26,309 bases of DNA from IMG/VR virus record IMGVR_UViG_3300002307_001784, positions 1 to 26,309 of that record. One strand, given 5' to 3'. This document shows positions 1 to 7,945 of the stretch, piece after piece. Within the stretch, counting starts at the first letter, position 1; each line of letters opens with the position of its first letter. Both the position numbers and the translations under genes were made by a program. Source of the stretch: a virus (lineage: Duplodnaviria > Caudoviricetes). Below the pieces are notes generated by a model that did no database searches, was not told the origin of the DNA, and was given only the letters and a program-made list of their open reading frames with translations.

Positions 1-434
1 ACCGTCAGTGGCGCGCCGATAGCCATTGCAACCAAATTCATGGTTATAGTTTTTCTATCCGTGTATTCTTTGGTGCTGACACACTAGACGCACGTAACTG
101 GTGTGCAGACTATGGTGGTCTAAAGGATCTCAAGAAGATTCTTGAGGATCAGTTTGATCACACATTGCTTGTAGCAGAAGATGATCCTGACATGGATGTA
201 TTCAAGCTGTTGCAGGAACGTGGAATGGCAAAATTGACAATCATTCCAGCAACTGGCTGTGAAGCACTTGCTGATATGATCTATCGTTTTATTAATGGTG
301 TTTATATCCCAGATCATTGGGGCAAGGGTGAAAGTGAACGCCTATGGTGTTATCGCGTAGAAGTTCGCGAAACACAAAGCAATATGGCTTATAGAACCGG
401 TCATCGTGAATGGAATGAGGATTTGCTAGGGTGA
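1..434 (+). CDS. queD: 6-carboxy-5,6,7,8-tetrahydropterin synthase (QueD/PTPS family), 5'-truncated by the window edge
   Basis: The frame is open from base 3 and reads RQWRADSHCNQIHGYSFSIRVFF...DYGGLKDLKKILEDQFDHTLL...TGCEALA...VEVRETQSN. It shows the C-x3-HGY and FDH motifs plus the C-terminal E-T of QueD. queE lies 1 kb downstream. Confidence 0.9.
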   Translation, partial: RQWRADSHCNQIHGYSFSIRVFFGADTLDARNWCADYGGLKDLKKILEDQFDHTLLVAEDDPDMDVFKLLQERGMAKLTIIPATGCEALADMIYRFINGVYIPDHWGKGESERLWCYRVEVRETQSNMAYRTGHREWNEDLLG

Positions 435-586
435 CACACTTAGATTATCTAAAGCAAAATGCTGTTAGTATCCGTGAATGGGAAGATAGTAAATTTGTTA
501 TGTACCGCCTAAGAGAAGGAATAGCAGTTTACAATAAGCAGAATAACAAATATTTATGGTATACGGATCCCCAGCCCGGTAGATAA
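431..586 (+). CDS. small hypothetical protein (51 aa)
   Basis: The GTG start overlaps the queD stop (GTGA). It reads MTHLDYLKQNAVSIREWEDSK...PQPGR* and fills the gap. It is below the ORF-track cutoff. Confidence 0.55.
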   Translation: MTHLDYLKQNAVSIREWEDSKFVMYRLREGIAVYNKQNNKYLWYTDPQPGR

Positions 587-613
587 TCATTAATACAACA
601 AGGATACGAGTTA

Positions 614-1168
614 ATGACTAAGAAAGTATATTACACTGACAGTCAAATTGACGGCATGATTCATGATATCATTCGTCAAATGAATAAAGACAATTATAAA
701 CCTGACTATATTGTAGGGCTTACTAGAGGAGGATTAATTCCAGCTGTCAAGTTTAGTCATTACTTTGATGTTCGTATGGAAACACTTAAGGTTAGTTTAC
801 GAGACGGTGACGAATGTGAAACAAACTGCTGGATGCCAGAAGATGCATTTGGATACGTTGATAGCTATCAAGATAATGAAATTCATGCTAGATGGGACAT
901 TAATCAGCGAAAGAATATACTGATCGTAGACAACATCAACGATTCAGGTGCAACTTTTAATTGGATTAAGAATGATTGGCAACGTAGCTGTTTACCGCTA
1001 GAAACTTATGCATGGGAAAGCGTTTGGCATAAAAATGTAAAGTTTGCTGTATTGATTGAGAATAGTGCGAGTTCCATATCAGCCGATTATGTTGCTCACA
1101 CAATCAACAAAACAGAAAATGATGTTTGGATTGGATTCCCTTGGAAAAATTGGTGGAAAGGTAGTTGA
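614..1168 (+). CDS. type I phosphoribosyltransferase (xanthine/guanine PRT-like)
   Basis: Motifs IVGLTRGGLIPA and the PRPP loop ILIVDNINDSGAT, with C-terminal WIGFPW. An AGGA RBS lies upstream. Confidence 0.85.
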   Translation: MTKKVYYTDSQIDGMIHDIIRQMNKDNYKPDYIVGLTRGGLIPAVKFSHYFDVRMETLKVSLRDGDECETNCWMPEDAFGYVDSYQDNEIHARWDINQRKNILIVDNINDSGATFNWIKNDWQRSCLPLETYAWESVWHKNVKFAVLIENSASSISADYVAHTINKTENDVWIGFPWKNWWKGS

Positions 1169-1170
1169 CA

Positions 1171-1431
1171 ATGACGACAGGTAGTGTTATATTCAGTGTA
1201 TTGTTTCTAGTATTTTCAGGATTCCTACTATCTGGGATATTGAAGCTTGAAACCGACATAGATGAATTTAGAAACAAGTATGGTGCCAAGCCTAAATATG
1301 ATAGATGCGTTACGAGAGGTGACATGTACTGTAGTCACGCAGATTGGTGTGATGTAGAGATTGCATTGTTTCCCGAACAATATGAATATGAAATGAAGTT
1401 AAAAGAAAATGACAAAAATAAAGATCAGTGA
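1171..1431 (+). CDS. hypothetical protein with N-terminal transmembrane helix
   Basis: Hydrophobic stretch VIFSVLFLVFSGFLLSGIL and three Cys. The ATG at 1171 is preferred over the TTG at 1165. Confidence 0.6.
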   Translation: MTTGSVIFSVLFLVFSGFLLSGILKLETDIDEFRNKYGAKPKYDRCVTRGDMYCSHADWCDVEIALFPEQYEYEMKLKENDKNKDQ

Positions 1432-2263
1432 ACTATTTTACAGTATACAGGGTGAGGGTCGCTATATGGGTGTCCCAAGTATTTTTCTAAGAACATATGG
1501 CTGCAATTTCACTTGCGGCGGGTTCGGCATGCCAAAAGGTGAATTATCAAATGAGCGAGAAAAGATCAATCCAGAAGACTATACAGAGTATGATTCCCTC
1601 CCGCTCGTCACTACAGGATGCGATGCCTACGCATCCTGGGATCCTCGCTTCAAGCATCTTTCTCCCAGCAGGGACATTGATACTATTGTCAGTGACATTA
1701 TGGAACTACTACCGCATAAAGAATGGCGTGAAGAACACCTCGTCATCACAGGAGGAGAACCACTCCTCGGATGGCAGCGAGCCTACCCAGAACTCTTGAA
1801 TCATCCCAAGATGCATGGCCTCAAAGAGATTACTTTTGAGACTAACGGCACACAGAAGTTGCATCCAGAGTTTGCTGATTATCTTGAAGAATGGAGTTGG
1901 CCCGAAGTATATCCTGGCTTTGAGCGTGAAATCACATTTAGCGTAAGCCCCAAACTAACTTGCTCTGGGCACACTACCGAAGAAGCTATAAAACCTGAGA
2001 TTGTTGCAAGCTATCAGAAACTTGGGCATGTCTATCTTAAGTTTGTTATTGCAACAGACGATGATGCAAAGGAAGCATTAGAAATGACAGAGCGTTATCG
2101 TGATGCTGGATTCAACGGTCATGTTTACTTTATGCCTGTTGGTGGTGTTGAAAGTGTTTATCATCTTAACAACCGTACTGTGGCCGATCTTGCTATGTCT
2201 AATGGTGTCCGATACAGTGACCGGCTACATTTGCCATTGTTCGGCAACAGGTGGGGCACCTAA
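1409..2263 (+). CDS. queE: 7-carboxy-7-deazaguanine synthase (QueE, radical SAM)
   Basis: Motifs ISELFYSIQGEG..GVPSIFLRTYGCNFTC, VITGGEPLL, FETNGT, SVSPKL, LKFVI and RLH. Confidence 0.92.
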   Translation: MTKIKISELFYSIQGEGRYMGVPSIFLRTYGCNFTCGGFGMPKGELSNEREKINPEDYTEYDSLPLVTTGCDAYASWDPRFKHLSPSRDIDTIVSDIMELLPHKEWREEHLVITGGEPLLGWQRAYPELLNHPKMHGLKEITFETNGTQKLHPEFADYLEEWSWPEVYPGFEREITFSVSPKLTCSGHTTEEAIKPEIVASYQKLGHVYLKFVIATDDDAKEALEMTERYRDAGFNGHVYFMPVGGVESVYHLNNRTVADLAMSNGVRYSDRLHLPLFGNRWGT

Positions 2264-2324
2264 ATAGTATTAGTTTATTTCCCCTCGTAAAGATTCTTAT
2301 ATAGTATTGAGATTGTTAGGATAA

Positions 2325-2552
2325 ATGGCAAAAGAACCTAGACCGTTGCATTCAGACGGAAAAGTGGCAAAATTAAGACTTTGCCTACTTCCACGTAAAT
2401 GCTGTATTAGTGGAAAGCAGCTATGGTTGACAACTGCATATCGTATTCGTGAAAGGTATTACACTGTAGACTATTGTAACCCTGAATATCAGATCACTTA
2501 TACGTGGTGGGTTGACAAGCACACATATATTATGGAAAAGTTGAAAGCATGA
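2325..2552 (+). CDS. small hypothetical phage protein
   Basis: AGGA RBS. The stop overlaps the next start (ATGA). Contains LLPRKCCISGKQLWL. Confidence 0.65.
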   Translation: MAKEPRPLHSDGKVAKLRLCLLPRKCCISGKQLWLTTAYRIRERYYTVDYCNPEYQITYTWWVDKHTYIMEKLKA

Positions 2553-3901
2553 AGACATATAGCAAAAGAATTGCGTTTATGATTAGTGACCAACATTTTA
2601 TTCCGCATGGTGGTATTGGTCAGTTTGCCAAAGGCTTCACTGAAATGTGTGAGCGTATTGGCTGGAAAGTTGATATTGTCTTAGACAAGGCCCCTACTAA
2701 TAAGTTCAGTGATTTAATCAAAGAATTAGGTGCAAATATTATCTATCCAGATGAACCATTACGCTATACCGATCATACTGCTACGTTTGCTTTCAGTGAC
2801 ACTATCAACTTTGAGAAGATCATCAACTTCCGTAAGTCTATTCTCAAGGCATTTGAGACAAACATCTATGATATGATTGTTTGCAATACTCAAGAAGCAA
2901 TGACTGCTGCATATGCAATGACAGTGAACAAATATATTCCAGTAGTGTTCTACACTCACTTGCATAGTATGATATTCCGTGAAGCACAGAACTTTACCGA
3001 TGTGTTTTTGGACAGTTACCATAACTTCTATAACAAGCATATGGAATTTACTGATATTATTATCGGAACTCAGAGTCAAAAAAACATTGATGAATTATCT
3101 AAGTTTGGTGCTACTAATTGTAAGTTGCTACGAATGCCCATGAGTGAACGAGGACTATTAGACCCATACACCGGTGATAAGAAGGGCGTGTTGTTCATTG
3201 GTCGGTGGGAAGAAGGTAAGAATCCAAAAGCATACATTCGTGCAATGAAGGATTGCAAGCTTCCTGCAAGAGTCATGACTAACAAGAATGGTGCAAAGAA
3301 GTTTGAAAAAGCATTCGCAGAAAATGGCATCACTGATTATGTGATCAAGGCTGGTATTGTCGGTCAAGAGAAAGTTGACTTCATCAAAAGTTGTAGTGTG
3401 TTCTTTATGCCCAGCTTGCGAGAGAGTTATTCTTTTGCGTTCTTAGAATGCCTTGGGCACATGCCATGTGTTGTTCTAGACACTCAAGACTGGTCCGATA
3501 ACTTTGATAGCAAATATTACACCAAAACTACACTGAATGCAGCAGGCGAAACTATCAAGATGGTATATGGACTTGCACAGCCGCCAGATGCACTAGACTA
3601 TGTTAAGTCACTTGATGATCAGGTTGCTGTGGAATGGATTCAGTTTCTAGACGATTTCATTAGCAAGCGTAGCAATAACAATGCTGCTAAAATCAACACT
3701 TATGAAACTGTTAAATATAGTGACTACATCAATGACCTCAATCGCAATCATCTTGCAAGAGAAGATTTTGAAAGTGTGTTGTCTAATAGACACAAGTTCT
3801 TGCATGTTGTTTATACCGAAAACGATACATGGTTGTCAAAGGATCCTTCGTTTAAACCCGTCAGTGATATTGGACCAGGTGATCTTTTTGAATTCATATG
3901 A
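2549..3901 (+). CDS. GT-B fold glycosyltransferase (GT4-like, retaining)
   Basis: N-terminal PHGGIG loop, YTHLH, LFIGRWEEGKN, and FFMPSLRESYSFAFLE with the E-x7-E signature. Confidence 0.8.
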   Translation: MKTYSKRIAFMISDQHFIPHGGIGQFAKGFTEMCERIGWKVDIVLDKAPTNKFSDLIKELGANIIYPDEPLRYTDHTATFAFSDTINFEKIINFRKSILKAFETNIYDMIVCNTQEAMTAAYAMTVNKYIPVVFYTHLHSMIFREAQNFTDVFLDSYHNFYNKHMEFTDIIIGTQSQKNIDELSKFGATNCKLLRMPMSERGLLDPYTGDKKGVLFIGRWEEGKNPKAYIRAMKDCKLPARVMTNKNGAKKFEKAFAENGITDYVIKAGIVGQEKVDFIKSCSVFFMPSLRESYSFAFLECLGHMPCVVLDTQDWSDNFDSKYYTKTTLNAAGETIKMVYGLAQPPDALDYVKSLDDQVAVEWIQFLDDFISKRSNNNAAKINTYETVKYSDYINDLNRNHLAREDFESVLSNRHKFLHVVYTENDTWLSKDPSFKPVSDIGPGDLFEFI

Positions 3902-3991
3902 AATTTTTTAACTTATTTGGGTACGATTGCTATTGCTTATCCCTACAAAATATCGTATAGCAGATAATGTTAGGGTGTATATGGAGTTTAT

Positions 3992-5011
3992 ATGACTATT
4001 AAGAGAATAGGATTCGCTTGCAAGTGGGCAGAAATTAATCACAAAGGTGAAATTGCTAGTACCGAAGGCCTTAATACCGGCGGTACTACCTATGCATGGG
4101 CTAAGCGCAATACTCGCAGTGTAGTAGAAGATAAGCTTATTGAGGTTGCAAAAAAGAATATCCGCAACACTCATGCACTTGTTAAGAAAGTAGCTGCTCT
4201 TCCCCCGGAGTTACGTATGCTTCGCTTGACTAGTGATATGTTATCCTTCTATACCATGAATGAGTATAAGGACTTCTGGGCTCGGCAGGATGTCCGTGAT
4301 AATCTTGCGCGTTGGTTTGCTCCAATTGGTGAAGTCGCCCGTGCTAATGATGTTCGCATTAGTTTCCATCCTGATCAGTTTGTTGTCCTTGCAAGTGATC
4401 GCGAGGAAGTTGTCAACAAGAGCATTGAGGAATTTGAATACCATGTTGACATGGCTCGTTGGATGGGATATGGTTCTAATTTCCAGGACATCAAGATTAA
4501 TGTGCATATCAGTGGTCGTCAAGGTCCTGATGGCATCAAGAACGTAATGAATCGCCTTAGCCCTGAGGCTCGCAACAGCATCACAATTGAAAATGATGAA
4601 ATGAGTTGGGGAATTGAAGCTAGTCTTGAACTTGTTGACACCTGTCCTCTTGTCTTGGACATTCATCATCACTGGGTAAAGACAGGAGAATACATTGACA
4701 ATAATGACGACCGTATTAAAAGGATTATTGATAGCTGGCGCGGTGTGCGTCCTGTTATTCATTACAGCGTTTCCCGTGAGGACTTGCTCACCGGACACTG
4801 TAGGGACACTAGACCCGATCTTAACTCACTGCTAGAGAATGGACACAACAAGCAAAAGATCCGGGCCCATAGTGATTACTATTGGAACAACGCAGTCAAT
4901 GACTGGGCTGTAACCTTTTTGGATGATTTTGACATCATGGCAGAAAGCAAAGGAAAGAATCTTTCTAGTTTTGCGCTGGCCGATTACGCTAGGAAGATTG
5001 GAGCTTTCTAA
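3992..5011 (+). CDS. uvsE: UV damage endonuclease (UVDE/UvsE)
   Basis: Motifs RIGFACK, MLRLTSD, RISFHPDQFVVL, INVHISG, TIENDE, LVLDIHHHW, PVIHYS, RAHSD and DIMAESKGK. Confidence 0.93.
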   Translation: MTIKRIGFACKWAEINHKGEIASTEGLNTGGTTYAWAKRNTRSVVEDKLIEVAKKNIRNTHALVKKVAALPPELRMLRLTSDMLSFYTMNEYKDFWARQDVRDNLARWFAPIGEVARANDVRISFHPDQFVVLASDREEVVNKSIEEFEYHVDMARWMGYGSNFQDIKINVHISGRQGPDGIKNVMNRLSPEARNSITIENDEMSWGIEASLELVDTCPLVLDIHHHWVKTGEYIDNNDDRIKRIIDSWRGVRPVIHYSVSREDLLTGHCRDTRPDLNSLLENGHNKQKIRAHSDYYWNNAVNDWAVTFLDDFDIMAESKGKNLSSFALADYARKIGAF

Positions 5012-5573
5012 GGCGCCAGTATTCCTTCATCGCAATACGTTTCTTTTCAAGAGTTTCAGCGGAGTGTTTGCGTCCTAGATTAGATTTGCCTACCTTTGCT
5101 GTTTTCTTGCGACGAGCATCATTCGTTTTCCAGTTTCGGATCAATGATTCATTAAGCGCCATCTGATGTTCGGATGACCTAGGTTTTGCAATTCCTTTTG
5201 CGGAAGATGAAAGATTGTCACAGTGTTGTTTAGTTCTCGGTGGTTTTTTAACTCCCTTTAACTTTTTTGAAATTTTAGCAGCAGTAGCAGTTGTACAAGA
5301 TCCTCCTCCCGTTTCTGGAATCCTATTTGCCCATTCAGGACTATTTGCCACATTCCATAAGTTTGAGTAGTATCTTCCGGCTTCATTTAGTTCCTGTTTC
5401 GTTTTGCATTCCTGAAGAATAACAGTACTGATGTCAACTCCGTGTTCACGTAGATGAATCTTCCAATCTTTTCCTGAACCATGATAATCATAAGGATTTT
5501 GCTTTGACGTTTGGCCTAGATATTTTAAACCAGTTTTATTGTGTGTCTTCACGTATAGATAATAAATATTCAT
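4989..5573 (-). CDS. free-standing GIY-YIG family (Seg-like) homing endonuclease with NUMOD3-like basic C-terminus
   Basis: YYLYVKTHNKTGLKYLGQT...YHGSG..W..HL...WAN..PETGGG followed by repeated KISKKLKG / GRKHSAET motifs. AGGAG RBS. It converges on, and overlaps by 23 nt, the uvsE 3' end. Confidence 0.8.
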   Translation of the reverse strand: MNIYYLYVKTHNKTGLKYLGQTSKQNPYDYHGSGKDWKIHLREHGVDISTVILQECKTKQELNEAGRYYSNLWNVANSPEWANRIPETGGGSCTTATAAKISKKLKGVKKPPRTKQHCDNLSSSAKGIAKPRSSEHQMALNESLIRNWKTNDARRKKTAKVGKSNLGRKHSAETLEKKRIAMKEYWRLRKLQSS

Positions 5574-5631
5574 GCTGATTGCTCCTAGATAGCGTTAGAG
5601 AGGATAGGTATTGAGAGTGCCGTGATCCTCA
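5574..5631 (+). ncRNA. candidate structured antisense RNA (two hairpins), copy 1, overlapping the endonuclease leader and RBS
   Basis: Hairpin A is CTGA(T)TGCT-CCTAGAT-AGCGTTAG (5575-5598). Hairpin B is GAGGAT-A-GGTATT-GAG-AGTGCC-GTG-ATCCTC (5600-5630). It covaries with the copy at 20370-20423. Flanked by TAAATA (+, 5563-5568) and TAAATA (-, 5639-5644). Confidence 0.6.
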
Positions 5632-5663
5632 CTGTTACTATTTAGCTAACATCATCTAAACTG

Positions 5664-5692
5664 TTGACTATCTGTAAAATACCTGTTATGAT
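5664..5692 (+). promoter_or_regulatory. sigma70-type promoter
   Basis: TTGACT (5664-5669), 17 nt spacer, extended TGnTATGAT (-10 at 5687-5692). Confidence 0.7.
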
Positions 5693-5712
5693 GTTATCAA
5701 GAAAGGTTAATA

Positions 5713-6156
5713 ATGTTTGAAAAACTAAAGAAATTACTAGCACCGGAGCTATATCATAAACCAGAGCCAGTTGCTCCTGAACCTAAGCCCAAAAAGCCTA
5801 GAAAATCTAAGCAGCCTAAGCCTAGTGTAGAACTTACAGCTAAAGAGCTTGCCACTAAGAATAGTGAACCATATATTGCCATCACTAAAGTAGATTTAGA
5901 TCCGAGTGACATAAACAACGGAAGCTTTGAGCTTGATTGGAATGACAAGTTTGTTCTCAATCTTGTCAAGCAAGGATATAAAATTAAATCCACCGACACT
6001 GACAACGAGATTGTTGATCGGTGGTTCCAGACTGTTTGTAGAAATGTAGCATTAGAAGTCTATGAACAGGAAGCTGCTGATCCTGAAAAGAGAGAAAGCG
6101 ACCTTAGGATCATTCAACAGCGTGATTTGGGCGGCGGATATACCGAAATTAGTTAA
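5713..6156 (+). CDS. hypothetical phage protein
   Basis: AAGG RBS and its own promoter. Pro/Lys-rich N-terminus, then a globular region FELDWNDKFV...IVDRWF. Confidence 0.75.
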   Translation: MFEKLKKLLAPELYHKPEPVAPEPKPKKPRKSKQPKPSVELTAKELATKNSEPYIAITKVDLDPSDINNGSFELDWNDKFVLNLVKQGYKIKSTDTDNEIVDRWFQTVCRNVALEVYEQEAADPEKRESDLRIIQQRDLGGGYTEIS

Positions 6157-6182
6157 TTTTTTACCGTTTTCTTAAAAAAGGC

Positions 6183-6221
6183 TTGACAACTCAGTATATA
6201 TTGCGTATATTATACTGAGTT
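6183..6221 (+). promoter_or_regulatory. sigma70-type promoter overlapped by an 11-bp perfect inverted repeat (operator-like)
   Basis: TTGACA (6183-6188)-N17-TATATT (6206-6211). Inverted repeat AACTCAGTATA (6188-6198) / TATACTGAGTT (6211-6221). Confidence 0.7.
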
Positions 6222-6244
6222 ATTAACTATTTTAAGGAGTCGGT

Positions 6245-7444
6245 ATGAAGTTTCCGTTGTCTTTCAAAAAGCCTACCCCAATCAAGATGGATCGAAAGAT
6301 TGTCCATCGGCTTAAGCGCAAGAAGGGTGAATACTCTACCGCTACTATTGCTGATCGTTTGGATCAGCTTTTTGATGCTGACAATACCCTTTGGCATAAT
6401 CATATGAAAAAGATTAGCAAAAAGGGTATTACCTATGATCGCAATCTTCGTGTCAAGTTTGCGATGGTAAAGATCAAGAATATTGTTATTGATGATGATA
6501 TTCAACGTGATATGGATCCCGAACACGTTGCTAAGATTGGAAATATTGAAAATTTCCGTGTTCAGTTTATGGCTCCTATTCAAGCAATCAAGACTCCTGG
6601 TAAGGACGAATATCACGCAATCAATTCACAGCACACCCTAGTTCTTGAAGCTGCATATGCATATCACAATCTGTGGGATGGCTATGATGGTGATTGGCAG
6701 GAGCTAGAAGTTCCTGTTACTTACATTGAAACTGCTGATCGTCATGAAGGTCGTGAAGGCTTTCGCATCCTCAATGGTAAGGGTGCAAAAAGGGTCGGTA
6801 AGTATTACGATCTTCGTATGGATGTGTTGTCATATCGTGTCGATGGCAAGACCAATCTTGAATACAAGCAAGCACATGAACTTGTAAAGATTTGCGAAGA
6901 CAATGGGTTTGAGCCTATTGCTGACACTGATGAGGAGAATATGGGTCTCCCAGGTGCTATTACTCATATCAGCGCAATGCTTGACTACAAGAACAAGCCC
7001 GCACATTGGGAATTTATTGTCAAGACTCATAAAAAGTATTGGCCCAATATTCAGCTTCATGGTATGGAAGTTGACTTGTATGGCTTTATGTATGACTACA
7101 TGAGCCGAAACAACGATGTGTATTCTGCTGAATTTGAACAAGATTTTCTGATTCCCTTCCACGCAATCATCCAGCAATTGTTTGGTATGCCTGACAATCT
7201 TGGTGTTGAGAGTGCTAATACTTTCAAACGTTGGTGGGCTAAGACTTGGGATCGCACCGTAGATGAAGGCAACAATAAGGTCGAAGCCGAAGCATCGTTT
7301 GTTCTTATGCTCAAACTCTATCGTAAGCTAGGTGGTACTGTTTCTTTGCCTGATATCGTTGATCTTTATGACAATTATAAGGCAGGCGATCTTACAGAAT
7401 TCCTTCCTGAAGGTGTGTTGAAGGTAGTAAAAAAGCATGGATGA
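6245..7444 (+). CDS. ParB/Srx-like (DGQHR-related) domain protein
   Basis: AAGGAG RBS. IVIDDDIQRDMDPEHVAKI..F...MAPIQAIK...YHAINSQHT matches the QR...P(I/V)...IDGQH(R/T) pattern of ParB/DndB-like N-terminal domains. The family call is by pattern only. Confidence 0.55.
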   Translation: MKFPLSFKKPTPIKMDRKIVHRLKRKKGEYSTATIADRLDQLFDADNTLWHNHMKKISKKGITYDRNLRVKFAMVKIKNIVIDDDIQRDMDPEHVAKIGNIENFRVQFMAPIQAIKTPGKDEYHAINSQHTLVLEAAYAYHNLWDGYDGDWQELEVPVTYIETADRHEGREGFRILNGKGAKRVGKYYDLRMDVLSYRVDGKTNLEYKQAHELVKICEDNGFEPIADTDEENMGLPGAITHISAMLDYKNKPAHWEFIVKTHKKYWPNIQLHGMEVDLYGFMYDYMSRNNDVYSAEFEQDFLIPFHAIIQQLFGMPDNLGVESANTFKRWWAKTWDRTVDEGNNKVEAEASFVLMLKLYRKLGGTVSLPDIVDLYDNYKAGDLTEFLPEGVLKVVKKHG

Positions 7445-7892
7445 GCAGTACGGATTTCTGTATATTATCCTAACTAACCACTTCTTTTTGTACAACGATA
7501 AGTATGTGCAGCGGTTAGGTTACGGTAAAACAGGTAATCCTAAGCGGCGCTCAAAGCAGTATAGTGATCATTCAGGCGGTGAGCAAGAATTTATCAAACT
7601 TTGGTTTGGTCCAAAATATCTAGTCTCATCGCTTGAAGGAATAATTAAGCAGCGAGTTGCCAGTCAAACACATAAGATTTATGGGCAAAAAGTCGAATGG
7701 ATTAGTCCAAAAGCTGATATGTCAGTTGATGATCTTACCGCATTAGTTGAAAAAACCATTGCCGAAGAGGGTATGGAAGTCTATCCCATTAAAGAAGATT
7801 ATCTCCCATTTGATAACCTCGATGAACATAATCAGATTAATCCTGACGAAATAAACAACGATCCATCGAAGTTTTTGGATATTAAAAGTTGA
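7437..7892 (+). CDS. T5orf172/MUG113-like GIY-YIG superfamily protein
   Basis: GFLYII...LGYGKTGNPKRRSKQY...LEGIIK...VEW. It overlaps the upstream ORF by 8 nt, suggesting translational coupling. Confidence 0.55.
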   Translation: MDEQYGFLYIILTNHFFLYNDKYVQRLGYGKTGNPKRRSKQYSDHSGGEQEFIKLWFGPKYLVSSLEGIIKQRVASQTHKIYGQKVEWISPKADMSVDDLTALVEKTIAEEGMEVYPIKEDYLPFDNLDEHNQINPDEINNDPSKFLDIKS

Positions 7893-7917
7893 CATATGCT
7901 AATATATAGTGTAATGT
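7889..7917 (+). promoter_or_regulatory. sigma70-type promoter for RNase H
   Basis: TTGACA (7889-7894)-N17-TAATGT (7912-7917), in an AT-rich gap. Confidence 0.5.
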
Positions 7918-7945
7918 ATGTATATATTAACAGAGAAAGTACCAC

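Noticed and set aside
3898-3968. 22-codon ORF after the glycosyltransferase
   Set aside because: It is too short and has no RBS. The interval more likely holds the uvsE promoter.
4241-4798. 185-aa minus-strand ORF and other short ORFs nested in uvsE, queE, the GT, ligase and clpX
   Set aside because: They lie wholly within confidently identified genes and are shadow frames.
5574-5631. Endonuclease-linked RNA as a known ribozyme, preQ1 riboswitch, tRNA or group I intron remnant
   Set aside because: I see no hammerhead CUGAnGA/GAAA core, preQ1 A-rich tail, cloverleaf or intron P7 elements, and the neighbouring genes are uninterrupted.
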